Of a DNA stretch of 64,000 nucleotides, positions 55,197 to 64,000 are shown piece after piece (positions within the stretch are counted from its first letter, which is position 1; each line of letters opens with the position of its first letter). Both the position numbers and the translations under genes were made by a program. Origin of the DNA: Candidatus Methanomethylophilaceae archaeon (lineage in GTDB: Archaea > Thermoplasmatota > Thermoplasmata > Methanomassiliicoccales > Methanomethylophilaceae); the NCBI GenBank assembly GCA_944320495.1, contig CALUHR010000003.1:32001-96000 (forward strand), written 5' to 3'. The notes beneath the pieces are model-generated. The model ran no database searches and had not been told where the DNA came from. It saw only the letters and a program-made list of their open reading frames with translations.

Positions 55197-55453
55197 GCCG
55201 CAGGCTACGCTCTAAGATATTTCGATCAGAATATACAGGGAAGAGACAGGGCTGCCCCCGCCCCGGTATATCAGGCCCTGTCTGCGAAGTCCGCAAAGAA
55301 CAGACAGACGTCAGTCCCGTCGTCCAGTTCCGTGAAGTGGTTCACGAGTGTCTCGGACGCGTCTGACGTGCTAGAACGCACCCTTCGTCTTCTTCACTGC
55401 GTCAATCTCTCGCGGGCTTCCACCCCGTGGGACGGCGGACCGTCGGATGGCAG

Positions 55454-56380
55454 TCGTGCCCTCCCGATCCTCTCCCTCGCCCTGTCCAGGAGCTGGCAGG
55501 ACTTGCAGCTTCCTCCGAGCGTGGGCTCCCCGCAGCGGGGGCACGGGTGCATCTCCGTCTCCGGCAGACCTGCCCTCAGCATCGGCTTCAGGGAATCGTA
55601 CGACGAGAGTATGCCGAACCTCGCCCCGGGCGAGCGGTCCTCGAGCTGGTCCACGATGTCGCGGTACTGGTTCCTCAGGGCGGCCTCCCAGTAGGGGCAC
55701 ACCCCGTCCCAGAACTCCATCCCCGAGACGATTGCGTATAGCAGCGTCTCCTTCTCCGGGATCGTCCTCAGCGGGAGGAACCTCGGGACGAGACCGGGCT
55801 TCACGACGTCGTGCGGTGCCATGCGCGCCAGGCGCTCCACGTCGCCCCTCACGAAGTTCATCATGATCGACTGCGACATGTCGTCCAGGTTGTGGCCCGT
55901 CGCCAGATACCTGGCGCCGATCCTCCTCGCCTCGTCGTTCATGAGCATCCTGCGGAACACGCCGCAGTAGGTGCAGGGGCTGCTGTCCCCGCTCACCGGC
56001 GCGATCTCGTCCATCGTCACTCCCATCTCCGAGAAGGAGCGCAGATGGAACCCCACACCGTTGGATTCGCAGAACCTCCTGACGATGTCCACGCTGGGCG
56101 GGCGGTAGCCCGCGATGCCCTCGTCGATCGTTATCGCATGGAGCTCGACGCCGTTCCTCTCGTTGAACACCGACGCCAGCATCCTGAGGGCGACCATGCT
56201 GTCCTTCCCCCCGGACACGGCGACGGCTATCCTGTCCCCGCGGGAGACGTCGATCTGCTTGCGGATCTCCCTCTTGACCCTGCGGTCCACGTACCTCATG
56301 AAGTGCTCGGCGCAGAGGTGCGTGCCGTTGTACCTCACGAACGTGACGGCGTCGCGGCCGCAGACGTCGCAGGATGTCAT
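55454..56380 (-). CDS. tRNA 2-thiolation protein TtuA/NcsA/Ctu1 family (308 aa)
   Basis: CDVC...HLC zinc site, AVSGGKDS PP-loop, CTYCGVFRR, ATGHNLDD, CPY, CPRCG...CKSC. Ends RIGRA-CGA (55456-54). Confidence 0.92.
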
Positions 56381-57524
56381 CCTCACCCTCCAGGATCGCC
56401 TCCATCTTATCGGCGAGCACCTTGGACGGTATGTCCGGCAGGACGATGACCGCGGTCCTGCCCGTCTCGTTGTCCACCACCGTGAGCCTGATCGCCCCGA
56501 TCTTGTCCAGGTCCTGGAGGTACTTCCAGAACTGAGTGTGCTTCCGGGCGGGGACCTCGTACTCCTCGCACACCACCGCATAGGTCCTCTCGGCGGCGGC
56601 CGCCGGGATCGAGGGGTTCTTCTTCATGGCGCGGGCGACCGCGAGCAGCACCAGCTTCCTGTTGATGTCCAGGGAACGGAGCTTGGAGTCGGACACCGCG
56701 CTGTATATCATGGCCTTGGCGGCCCTCACATGGTCCACGTCGACCTCGCCGGAATCGTCCTCCTCGGCGATGTTCGCCGCCCTGTCCAGGAGCTCGATGG
56801 CCATCCTGGCGTCGCCGTACTCGGCTGCCTCCTCGGCTATGACGTCGAGGGCATCGTCCGAGCACCTGCCCGGGAACAGCGCCTCCTCGGCGCGGGAGCC
56901 GACGATCTCCCTGAGCTCGGCCATGCTGTAACGGTCGAACCTGACGACGTTGGTCCTCCTGAACGTGGAGAGCGAGGCCTCGTCGAGCACCATGTCCAGG
57001 GGCTCCTGGGAGATCATGATGACCGACACGGGCGCGGAGCCCTCCCTCATGCGCGTCAGCTGGTAGACCAGGTCGGTGGATCCCTTCCTCAGGAGCACGT
57101 CCACCTCGTCCAGGATCACGGTCATCGCCCTGCGGTTCGATGCCAGATGCTGGGAGAGCACCCTCGCCATGTCGTCCTGGGAGAACCCCCTGCCCGGGAA
57201 CCCGGGGTCGTAGTGCCTGATGAGCTGCAGGAGCACCCCGGTCTCGGAGGTGTTCCGGCAGTTCACGTAGATGACGTCCAGGGCCTTGCCGGCGGATCCC
57301 ATGTAGTCGGCCATGTCCCGGCAGAACCTGCGGGCGGTGACCGTCTTCCCGGTGCCCACCCCTCCGGTCAGGAACGCGGTGCACTGGCGGCCGTCGAGGG
57401 CGAGCGGACGGAACAGCGTCTCCAGACGGGAGAGCTGCCCGTCCCTGTTGACCAGGCTCTTCGGGATGTACGCGAAGTCGAGGACCGACCCGTCGCGTAT
57501 GATCGTGGACCTCCGCTCGAACAT
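56367..57524 (-). CDS. cdc6: Orc1/Cdc6 replication initiator (385 aa)
   Basis: GGVGTGKT, YVNCR, ILDEVD, FDRYSMAELREI, GDARMAIELL, wHTH. Ends EDDIL-CGA (56369-67); the standard code gives 717 aa over the whole downstream gene. Confidence 0.93.
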
Positions 57525-57525
57525 G

Positions 57526-58488
57526 TCGGTTCCTGCTGCAGCGGATGAATCCGGAGCACGGGACGACCTCTATGCCCTCCCGCTCCCAGATGTCGCAGAT
57601 CAGGTTCACTCCCAGGGAATCCGACGGCATGTGGCCGGACACGACGAGGTTCACGTGCGCCTCCCTGGCCGCATCGTAGTGGGACTCGGGGAAGTGCATC
57701 GCGATGACCGTCCCGACGCCCGCGCGGGCCAGGGCCTCGTACATCTCCTTCGGTCCGGAGGTGCCGCCGGTCATCTTGCACATGATCCTCCCGCAGCGGG
57801 AGTCCTTCGATCCGACCATCACGGTGGGGACACAGTTCCTCCTGGCCGCGGCCACGTACTCCGGCTCACCCATGAGGACGTCGACGATGTCCCCGAGGGT
57901 GCGGGGGGCCCTCTCGTCCATGAGCCTCGTGAGGTAGTCCTGGACCATGTTGTCCGCGGCCGAGTGGACGTTGAACATCGGGATGCCCAGCATCCTCGCG
58001 GCATCGGCGGCCTGGTCGTAGTTGGAGCCCATGACGCCTCTGAGCACCTCGGAGGTCCTCGGCCCGACGATCCCCTCGGCGACGTTGATAGGCACGCCCT
58101 CGGCATGGTACATGTCCGCCTGGATCGGAATCACGTTGGGGTACAGGTTCCGGGATTTCCCCGTGGGATGGTGCGCCACCACAGCGTCGATGCGCTCCCC
58201 CTTGGAGCGGAGGCGGTCGGCCAGCAGGACCTCGGCGGGTCCGATGTCTATGCCCCACATCATCCTGGAGGCCTCGGTCTCGCGCGCCAGCTCCTCCAGG
58301 GCGGAGAACCTGCAGTCGGAGTAGGGGTTCCAGAGACGCTCGGTGTCGAAGCACTCGCGCCTCCATCCCTCCGACCTCTCGTATTCGGAGGCCGCCGCGT
58401 CCAGGACGCGCCTGACCTCGTCCTCCGGACGGGGGTCCTTCCCCATGCCCGCCCTGATGGCGGCCTCGTAGGCCTCGTAGACCTTCAT
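57526..58488 (-). CDS. NIF3/NGG1p-interacting-factor-like protein (320 aa)
   Basis: GID...VAHHP, HSAADN, MHFPE, SGHMPSDSLG. Ends CSRN-CGA, 1 nt before the cdc6 ATG; the standard code gives 693 aa. Confidence 0.8.
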
Positions 58489-58536
58489 GGCCCGGGGATT
58501 GAAGACGGATATTAAGATGGCGCGCCCTGAATCCCC

Positions 58537-59061
58537 TCAGAAGCCCCTGGACAGGAGGATCTCCTCCGGCCCCACGGTCTTGCAGAGGGCCTCCACCATC
58601 CTGGTGTTCTCCGGGTCGGCCCCGGCTATGCCCCCTCTCAGGATGTACGGGCAGACGTCCTCGTCGTAGGCGCCGAAGTAGGTGGCGTGGACGCACCATC
58701 TGGAGACCAGTCCGCATATCACAGCGCCGTCGCATCCCAGCGTGCGCAGCATCCCCCCGAGGCCGGTGCCGTGGAAGGCGTTCATCTCCGACTTGGGCAC
58801 GACGGGGTCGCCCTCCCTGAAGTCGAGACCTTCCACGAACCCGTCCGGGTCCTCCATGTCCTCGGGGACGCAGGCGCTCCTGGCGGTCATCCTGATGAAG
58901 AGCACGGGCCTCCCGGCGTCCCTGAACATGCATATCGCGCTGTTCACGGTCGGAAGGATCCCCGCGACCGGCTCCGCCATCGCACCCTGTGCGTACTTGT
59001 TCTGGATGTCGACGACGATCAGGGCCAGGGACTTGGAGCGGATGTCCGCGTCGGCGATCAT
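58537..59061 (-). CDS. Isochorismatase/cysteine hydrolase family protein
   Basis: LIVVDIQ, KSEMNAFHGT, CGLVSRWCV (catalytic Cys); ATGA overlap with MarR. Confidence 0.87.
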   Translation of the reverse strand: MIADADIRSKSLALIVVDIQNKYAQGAMAEPVAGILPTVNSAICMFRDAGRPVLFIRMTARSACVPEDMEDPDGFVEGLDFREGDPVVPKSEMNAFHGTGLGGMLRTLGCDGAVICGLVSRWCVHATYFGAYDEDVCPYILRGGIAGADPENTRMVEALCKTVGPEEILLSRGF

Positions 59062-59504
59062 GGCTTCTCCGGGAGGCAGTCCGGCAGAAGCCTCGACGCC
59101 TCGTCCAATACCTCGGCGAAGTCCCTGAGGCGCTCCTCCCCGAAGCGCTCCCTCAGGTCCTCGACCATCCTCTCGAAGATCCCCCACCCCATCCTGTATA
59201 CATCGGCGATGCGCTGGGTGAGCTCCACCACCTGGACCCTCCCGTCCTCGTCGCTCCTCGCCCTGCGAACGAATCCCTTGTCCTCCAGACCGTTGAGCCT
59301 CGAGGTTATGGTGGGCTTGGTGACGCAAGCGGCCTCGGCCAGCTTGGAGGGGGTGCAGTCCTCGATGGTGGCGATCAGGTTCAGGAACATGACGTCCTTG
59401 AACGACAGACGCGTGTCCGCCGACGGGTCGGAGTTGATGATCCTCAGCTCCATTATCGAGCCGGCGGCTAGATACCTTATCATGCTCCGGGTGAGGTCAT
59501 CCAT
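59058..59504 (-). CDS. MarR-family transcription regulator
   Basis: TPSKLAEAACVTKPTITSRLNGLEDKGFVRRARSDEDGR. Confidence 0.88.
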   Translation of the reverse strand: MDDLTRSMIRYLAAGSIMELRIINSDPSADTRLSFKDVMFLNLIATIEDCTPSKLAEAACVTKPTITSRLNGLEDKGFVRRARSDEDGRVQVVELTQRIADVYRMGWGIFERMVEDLRERFGEERLRDFAEVLDEASRLLPDCLPEKP

Positions 59505-59760
59505 CAGTCCTTCCCCCACGTCCAAGGACCCATGCGGCGATCACAGGCACGACGGACCGGGCCATGGCGACCGTCATGCAGAGCCCGTCCCTGGAGGCGC
59601 CGGTGAAAACCCCGGATGTGGTCCCGGGCCCCCTGATGCCGAGTCCGTAGGACTCGGCCGCCTCGGGCAGCGCCGCGTTGGTGGTCGTCCCGTCCGAACC
59701 GTCCAGGAACGTGCTGGTCGCGATCGTCGCGAGCAGAATTCCATGCCCCGCCTGCTTCAT
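59497..59760 (-). pseudogene. Internally deleted DHA2-type MFS remnant (87 aa)
   Basis: N-terminus LLATIATSTFLDGSDGTTTNAALPE resembles DHA2 TM1, fused directly to a C-terminal-like hydrophobic helix; upstream of MarR. Confidence 0.5.
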
Positions 59761-59881
59761 CGGGACCGCATCATGATGAGCGCGTATAATTGATTGTTCG
59801 AATCTCTTATGTAACGCCGTCCCGGCCAGGGGCTCGCGGACATAGCCTATTAATCGTCGCGCGCATTGTCACGTGTTTCCC

Positions 59882-60841
59882 ATGAACGAGATCTGGACCG
59901 AGAAGTACAGGCCGAGGACGCTGGACGAAGTCGCAGGCCAGAGCCAGGTTACCGACAAGCTGAAGGCGTACGTCAGGTCGGGCAACATCCCGCACATGCT
60001 CTTCACAGGGCCCGCCGGGACCGGCAAGACCACATGCGCCCTCGCCCTGAGCAGGGAGCTCTACGGCGAGAACTGGCTGGGGAACTACATCGAGATGAAC
60101 GCTTCCGACGAGAGGGGCATAGACGTGGTCCGCGGCAAGATCAAGGACTTCGCCAGGACCTCCCCCATCGGCGGGGCCCAGTTCAAGATCATCTTCATGG
60201 ACGAGGCCGACGCCCTCACCAGGGACGCCCAGGCCGCTCTCAGGCGCACCATGGAGAAGTACTCCGGGATCTGCAGGTTCATCCTCTCGTGCAACTACTC
60301 GTCCAAGATCATCGACCCGATCCAGTCCAGATGCGCCGTGTTCAAGTTCAGGCACCTCTCCGACGGGGAGATCTCCGGGTTCCTCCAGAGGATCGTCGGG
60401 TCCGAGGGCATCCAGATCGACGACGACGCCCTGGAGGCCCTGGTGGGAATCGCCAGGGGGGACATGCGCCGCGCCGTCAACTCGCTGCAGGTGGCCGCCT
60501 CCCTCGGAAGGAGAATCGACGCCGACCTGATCTACCAGACCGCCGGACATGCGAACCCCGAGAGCATCAGGGATATCATCATGACCGCCATGGATGGGGA
60601 CTTCGTGGGCGCAAAGGACCGCCTCGCCAGCACCATGGAGGAGTACGGCCTCGCCGGACAGGACGTCATCGGGCAGATACACTCCCAGATCTTCTACCTC
60701 GACATATCCGACTACGAGAAGGTCCGCCTGCTGGACAAGGTGGGCGAGTGCGAGTTCAGGATCGTCGAGGGCAGCAACGAGCGCATCCAGCTGGAGTGGC
60801 TGATCGCATCGATGGCCCTCATCGGCGGGAACCTGAAGTGA
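59882..60841 (+). CDS. rfcS: Replication factor C small subunit
   Basis: IWTEKYRP, GPAGTGKTT, MNASDERGID, MDEAD, ALRRTME, SRC, GDMR. Confidence 0.96.
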   Translation: MNEIWTEKYRPRTLDEVAGQSQVTDKLKAYVRSGNIPHMLFTGPAGTGKTTCALALSRELYGENWLGNYIEMNASDERGIDVVRGKIKDFARTSPIGGAQFKIIFMDEADALTRDAQAALRRTMEKYSGICRFILSCNYSSKIIDPIQSRCAVFKFRHLSDGEISGFLQRIVGSEGIQIDDDALEALVGIARGDMRRAVNSLQVAASLGRRIDADLIYQTAGHANPESIRDIIMTAMDGDFVGAKDRLASTMEEYGLAGQDVIGQIHSQIFYLDISDYEKVRLLDKVGECEFRIVEGSNERIQLEWLIASMALIGGNLK

Positions 60842-60897
60842 GCCCGTCCCAAACAAATCAAACGCATTGATCCCCATTTCAAATGGTTACAGAATGG

Positions 60898-60923
60898 TTC
60901 CGAACTAGTTCGGAACTAGTTCC
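60898..60923. repeat. Overlapping palindromes with an 11-bp period
   Basis: TTCCGAACTAGTTCGGAA (60898-915, perfect 18-bp palindrome) and GGAACTAGTTCC (60912-23) between convergent genes. Confidence 0.75.
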
Positions 60924-61029
60924 TGAACACCCGGCGACGGGTGACCACCAGTGAGAGCACGGGCATCCGTATCGCTTATCCCCAATGGACGTCTTAATCA
61001 CAGCGACATGGATTGCGGAACCGGGCCGA

Positions 61030-61686
61030 TCGGTCCCCGCACATCTCGCGGGACAGGCGCTCCCTCAGCTCGTCCAGGCTCCGGAAGACCTCCGCCTTGG
61101 ACCGGATCTCGTCGTCGGCGTCGGTGAGGTCCGGTACGAACGCGACCCTGCATCCGGCATCGTAAGCGGACCTCACGCCGTTGGGCGCATCCTCCACCGC
61201 GATGCAGTCGCACGGCCTCTCGCCCACCCTCTCGCACGCGTACAGATAGACGTCCGGGCTGGGCTTACCGTTCGGTACCGACGACGTGCAGACGACCTCG
61301 TCGAACATCACGCGAATCCCGAGCATGTTCAGATACTCGTCCACGTGGTCGGGGCGGGACGCGGTGGCGACCGCCGTCTTGATGCCGGAGGACCTCAGGA
61401 ACCCCAGTATCCCCACGACGCCGGGCTTCATCTCTATGCCCTCGGAACGCACGTGCTCGGCCATCAGCCGGCGGCGCTCCTCCCTCACGGCCCCGAAGTC
61501 CATGCCCGGATGGTTGGATTCCAGGTACTGCCTGGCGAGCCTCCCGTCCAGGCTGCGGATGTGGAGCACCTCGTCCCTCGTTATCCCGAAGCCCAGGTTC
61601 CTCCCGGCCTCCATCCAGAACCTCACGTTGAGCTTCTCGGTGTCGATGAGGGTGCCGTCCATGTCGAAGATGACCGCTCCGGTCAT
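61030..61686 (-). CDS. HAD-superfamily phosphatase (beta-PGM-like, 218 aa)
   Basis: IFDMDGTLID, ATAS, GKPSPDVY, VEDAPNG. Ends MCGD-CGA (61032-30); the standard code gives 60994. Confidence 0.9.
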
Positions 61687-61690
61687 GGGA

Positions 61691-62926
61691 TCAGTACCTG
61701 TTGTCGAAGATCCTGTTGGTCTTCTTCTCGCTCCTCGGCAGGTACCCGACGGGCACGGCGCGGGGGATGACGGTGATGTTCATCTTGGACTTGATCTTGG
61801 AGACCAGCTCCCTCTCGAGCTCGATGCGCCCCTCCTCCGGGACAATGGTCTCGAAGTACACGGTGACCTCGTCCCTCCCCATGAGGTGGTCGATCATGAC
61901 CTGGTACTCGCTCGATGCGCCCTCGATGGTCGCCAGGACCTCGTCGAACTGGGCGGGGAACATGTTGCATCCCTTCACCTTGATCATGTCGTCGGTGCGT
62001 CCGACGATGATGTCGATCCTGGGGAACCTGGAGCCGCAGGGGCACTCCCCCGGGACGATCCTGGTGAGGTCGTGGGTGCGGTAGCGTATGAGCGGCGCCC
62101 CCTCCTTCCTCAGGGTGGTGATCACCAGCTCGCCGACCGTGCCGTCAGGCACGGTCTCCCCGCTCTGCGGGTCGATGATCTCGAAGTAGATGTAATCGTC
62201 CCACATGTGGATTCCGTTGCGGTAGTCGCAGCTGATCCCGATGCCCGGACCGTAGATCTCCGTAAGGCCGTAGATGTCGTAGAACTCCACCCCCAGGTCG
62301 GACGCGATCTCGTTGCGCATCTTCTCACCCCAGCGCTCGGAGCCGATCACGCCCTTGCGGAGGTGGAGCCTGTCCTTGATGCCGCGGCTCTTGATCTCCT
62401 CGGCCAGCAGGAGCGCGTAGGACGATGTGGCGCAGAGCACCGTGGTCCCCATGTCCTCCATCATCCTGAGCTGCTTGTCCGTGTTGCCCGGACCCATCGG
62501 CAGGGCCATGGCGCCGAGCCTCTCGCAGCCCGCCTGGAACCCTATCCCCGCGGTCCAGAGGCCGTATCCGGGGGTGATCTGGACCACGTCGTCCTCGGTC
62601 ACGCCGGCCATGCGGTAGCAGCGCTCGAACATGACCGCCCAGTCCTCAACGTCCCTCGCGGTGTACGGGATGACCACCGGGGTTCCGGTGGTCCCCGAGG
62701 AGCTGTGTATCCTCACGATGTCCTTGCGGGGGACGGCTGCGAGGCCCAGAGGGTACGCCTCGCGGAGGTCGGCCTTGTCTGTGAACGGGAGCCTCTCGAA
62801 ATCCTCCTGCGTCGATACCTGGGTGAGGTCGATTCCATCGAACTTCCTCGCGTAGAACGGGCTGCGTTCCTTGATGTCCCTCAGGAGACGCGTGATGATC
62901 TCCCTCTGGTACTCGTTCATCCTCAT
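61691..62926 (-). CDS. paaK: Phenylacetate-CoA ligase family protein
   Basis: RIHSSSGTTG, GYGLWTAG, DIYGLTE, IRYRT.D, GRTDDMIKVKG, KTNRIFDNR. Confidence 0.88.
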   Translation of the reverse strand: MRMNEYQREIITRLLRDIKERSPFYARKFDGIDLTQVSTQEDFERLPFTDKADLREAYPLGLAAVPRKDIVRIHSSSGTTGTPVVIPYTARDVEDWAVMFERCYRMAGVTEDDVVQITPGYGLWTAGIGFQAGCERLGAMALPMGPGNTDKQLRMMEDMGTTVLCATSSYALLLAEEIKSRGIKDRLHLRKGVIGSERWGEKMRNEIASDLGVEFYDIYGLTEIYGPGIGISCDYRNGIHMWDDYIYFEIIDPQSGETVPDGTVGELVITTLRKEGAPLIRYRTHDLTRIVPGECPCGSRFPRIDIIVGRTDDMIKVKGCNMFPAQFDEVLATIEGASSEYQVMIDHLMGRDEVTVYFETIVPEEGRIELERELVSKIKSKMNITVIPRAVPVGYLPRSEKKTNRIFDNRY

Positions 62927-62932
62927 CGAATG

Positions 62933-63661
62933 TCACCTCTTGAGCTGGGCCAGCAGCTCGGCGGCCTCCTGTGAGCCCCTCGCCGCGGCCTTGGAAATCC
63001 ATTTGCGGGCGTTGTTCTCGCTCCTCACCATGCCCTCGCCGGACAGGGACATCCTGCCGAGCTCGAGCATCGCCTCCTCCGATCCCATGTCGGCGGCCTT
63101 GATCAGATATTTGGCGGCCTTGTCGGGGTTCCTCGGGAATCCTGTGCCGGTCATGTGCATGGAGGCTAGCCTGACCCCCGCCTTGGGGTATCCGTTGGCG
63201 AGCGCCTTCTCGAACCATCCGGCGGCGGCCTTCGGATCGGGATCGTATCCCCTGCCCTCCAGCAGGATGACGCCTATCCTGTACTGCGCGACGGTGCTGC
63301 CGGCCTCGGCGGCCCTGCCGTACCAGTACCTGGCCCTCTCCCAGTCCTGGGGGATCCCCTCCACGTCGCTGTACATGAAGCCGAGGTTGAACATCGCCTG
63401 GGGGTAGCCGAGCTCCGCGGACCTCTCGTAGAGGGCCATGGCGCCCTCGAGGTCGCAGCGGACGCCGAACCCGTGAGCCTTGATGTAGGCGAGGTTGCAC
63501 ATCGCCTCCGGATTGCCCTGATCTGACGCGAGGCCGAACCATCTGGCGGCCTCCCTGCGGTCCTGCGTCACACCCTCGCCCTTGAAGAACAGGTACCCCA
63601 TCGCCGTCTGGGCGTCCGGATCCCCGTCCTGGGCGGCCTTGAGAACTGTCTCGAACGACAT
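62933..63661 (-). CDS. Sel1-like (TPR) repeat protein
   Basis: About six AxxxLGxxYxxGxG...DxxxAxxWxxxAAxxG repeats. Confidence 0.92.
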   Translation of the reverse strand: MSFETVLKAAQDGDPDAQTAMGYLFFKGEGVTQDRREAARWFGLASDQGNPEAMCNLAYIKAHGFGVRCDLEGAMALYERSAELGYPQAMFNLGFMYSDVEGIPQDWERARYWYGRAAEAGSTVAQYRIGVILLEGRGYDPDPKAAAGWFEKALANGYPKAGVRLASMHMTGTGFPRNPDKAAKYLIKAADMGSEEAMLELGRMSLSGEGMVRSENNARKWISKAAARGSQEAAELLAQLKR

Positions 63662-63662
63662 T

Positions 63663-64000
63663 TCAGCGCCTCATGTGGGTCCTGCGGACGTACCTCTCCG
63701 GGTGGTCCTCGTATTTCGAAAGGTAGTAGTACGCGGCTAGGAAGCCGTTGCTCGCGGCGTCCGCATAGAGCTTGACGATCTGCGACTCGTCGGTGGGGAA
63801 GCTGCTCGACTCGTAGGTGCGGGCAAGGTAGAACTGCGCGTCCTCCGACCCGGCGTCGGCCGCCCTGGACAGCAGGGATATCGCCTTGATGTCGTCCCTC
63901 CTGACCCCCATGCCCTGGTGGTGCATCATTGCCACGTAGAACATCGCCGGGGGGCTGCCGAGGTCGGCGGCGTGACGGTACGCCGCATAGGCCCCCTCCA
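63663..64000 (-). CDS. Sel1-like repeat protein (partial, continues beyond the window)
   Basis: AADLGSPPAMFYVA, AQFYLA, AYYYL repeats; frame open to the window end. Confidence 0.8.
   Translation of the reverse strand, partial: EGAYAAYRHAADLGSPPAMFYVAMMHHQGMGVRRDDIKAISLLSRAADAGSEDAQFYLARTYESSSFPTDESQIVKLYADAASNGFLAAYYYLSKYEDHPERYVRRTHMRR

Noticed and set aside
54820-55370. Replication origin (ORB elements) near cdc6
   Set aside because: No repeated ORB-like GTTCCAGTGGAAAC/G-string boxes; cdc6 is inside an operon with no upstream intergenic space.
55371-58488. Very long track ORFs for cdc6 (717 aa) and NIF3 (693 aa), likewise feoB (986 aa) and nadA (482 aa), as novel fusion proteins
   Set aside because: The extensions are off-frame or antisense readings of neighbouring genes and begin exactly at an in-frame CGA.

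Overview
GC-rich archaeal chromosomal segment. Two pyrrolysine-type mtmCB loci, archaeal ribB-ribL-ribC-ribH, cdc6, rfcS, trm1 and large adhesin-like genes point to a methylotrophic Methanomassiliicoccales (Thermoplasmata) genome; this assignment is an inference. About 57 genes, no CRISPR, rRNA or tRNA seen. Main observation: the window does not read correctly with the standard code. (1) TAG is a sense codon (Pyl) at four in-frame sites (mtmB1, mtmB2, an MtmC paralogue, a 2301-aa surface protein), and no confident gene ends in TAG. (2) In 14 genes the first in-frame CGA falls at a plausible or family-expected C-terminus. Reading CGA as Arg gives long run-on ORFs over neighbouring genes. Reading it as stop gives family-typical lengths and back-to-back convergent stops. 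I found no internal in-frame CGA in the intact genes I read by hand. This suggests CGA functions as a stop codon (reassignment, or C-to-U editing). CDS coordinates below use TAG=Pyl and CGA=stop. Also flagged: a type I toxin-antitoxin-like small-peptide/antisense locus at about 54.9-55.2 kb, a Glu205Gln MtmB paralogue, and an Rh-type ammonium channel with a structured leader.
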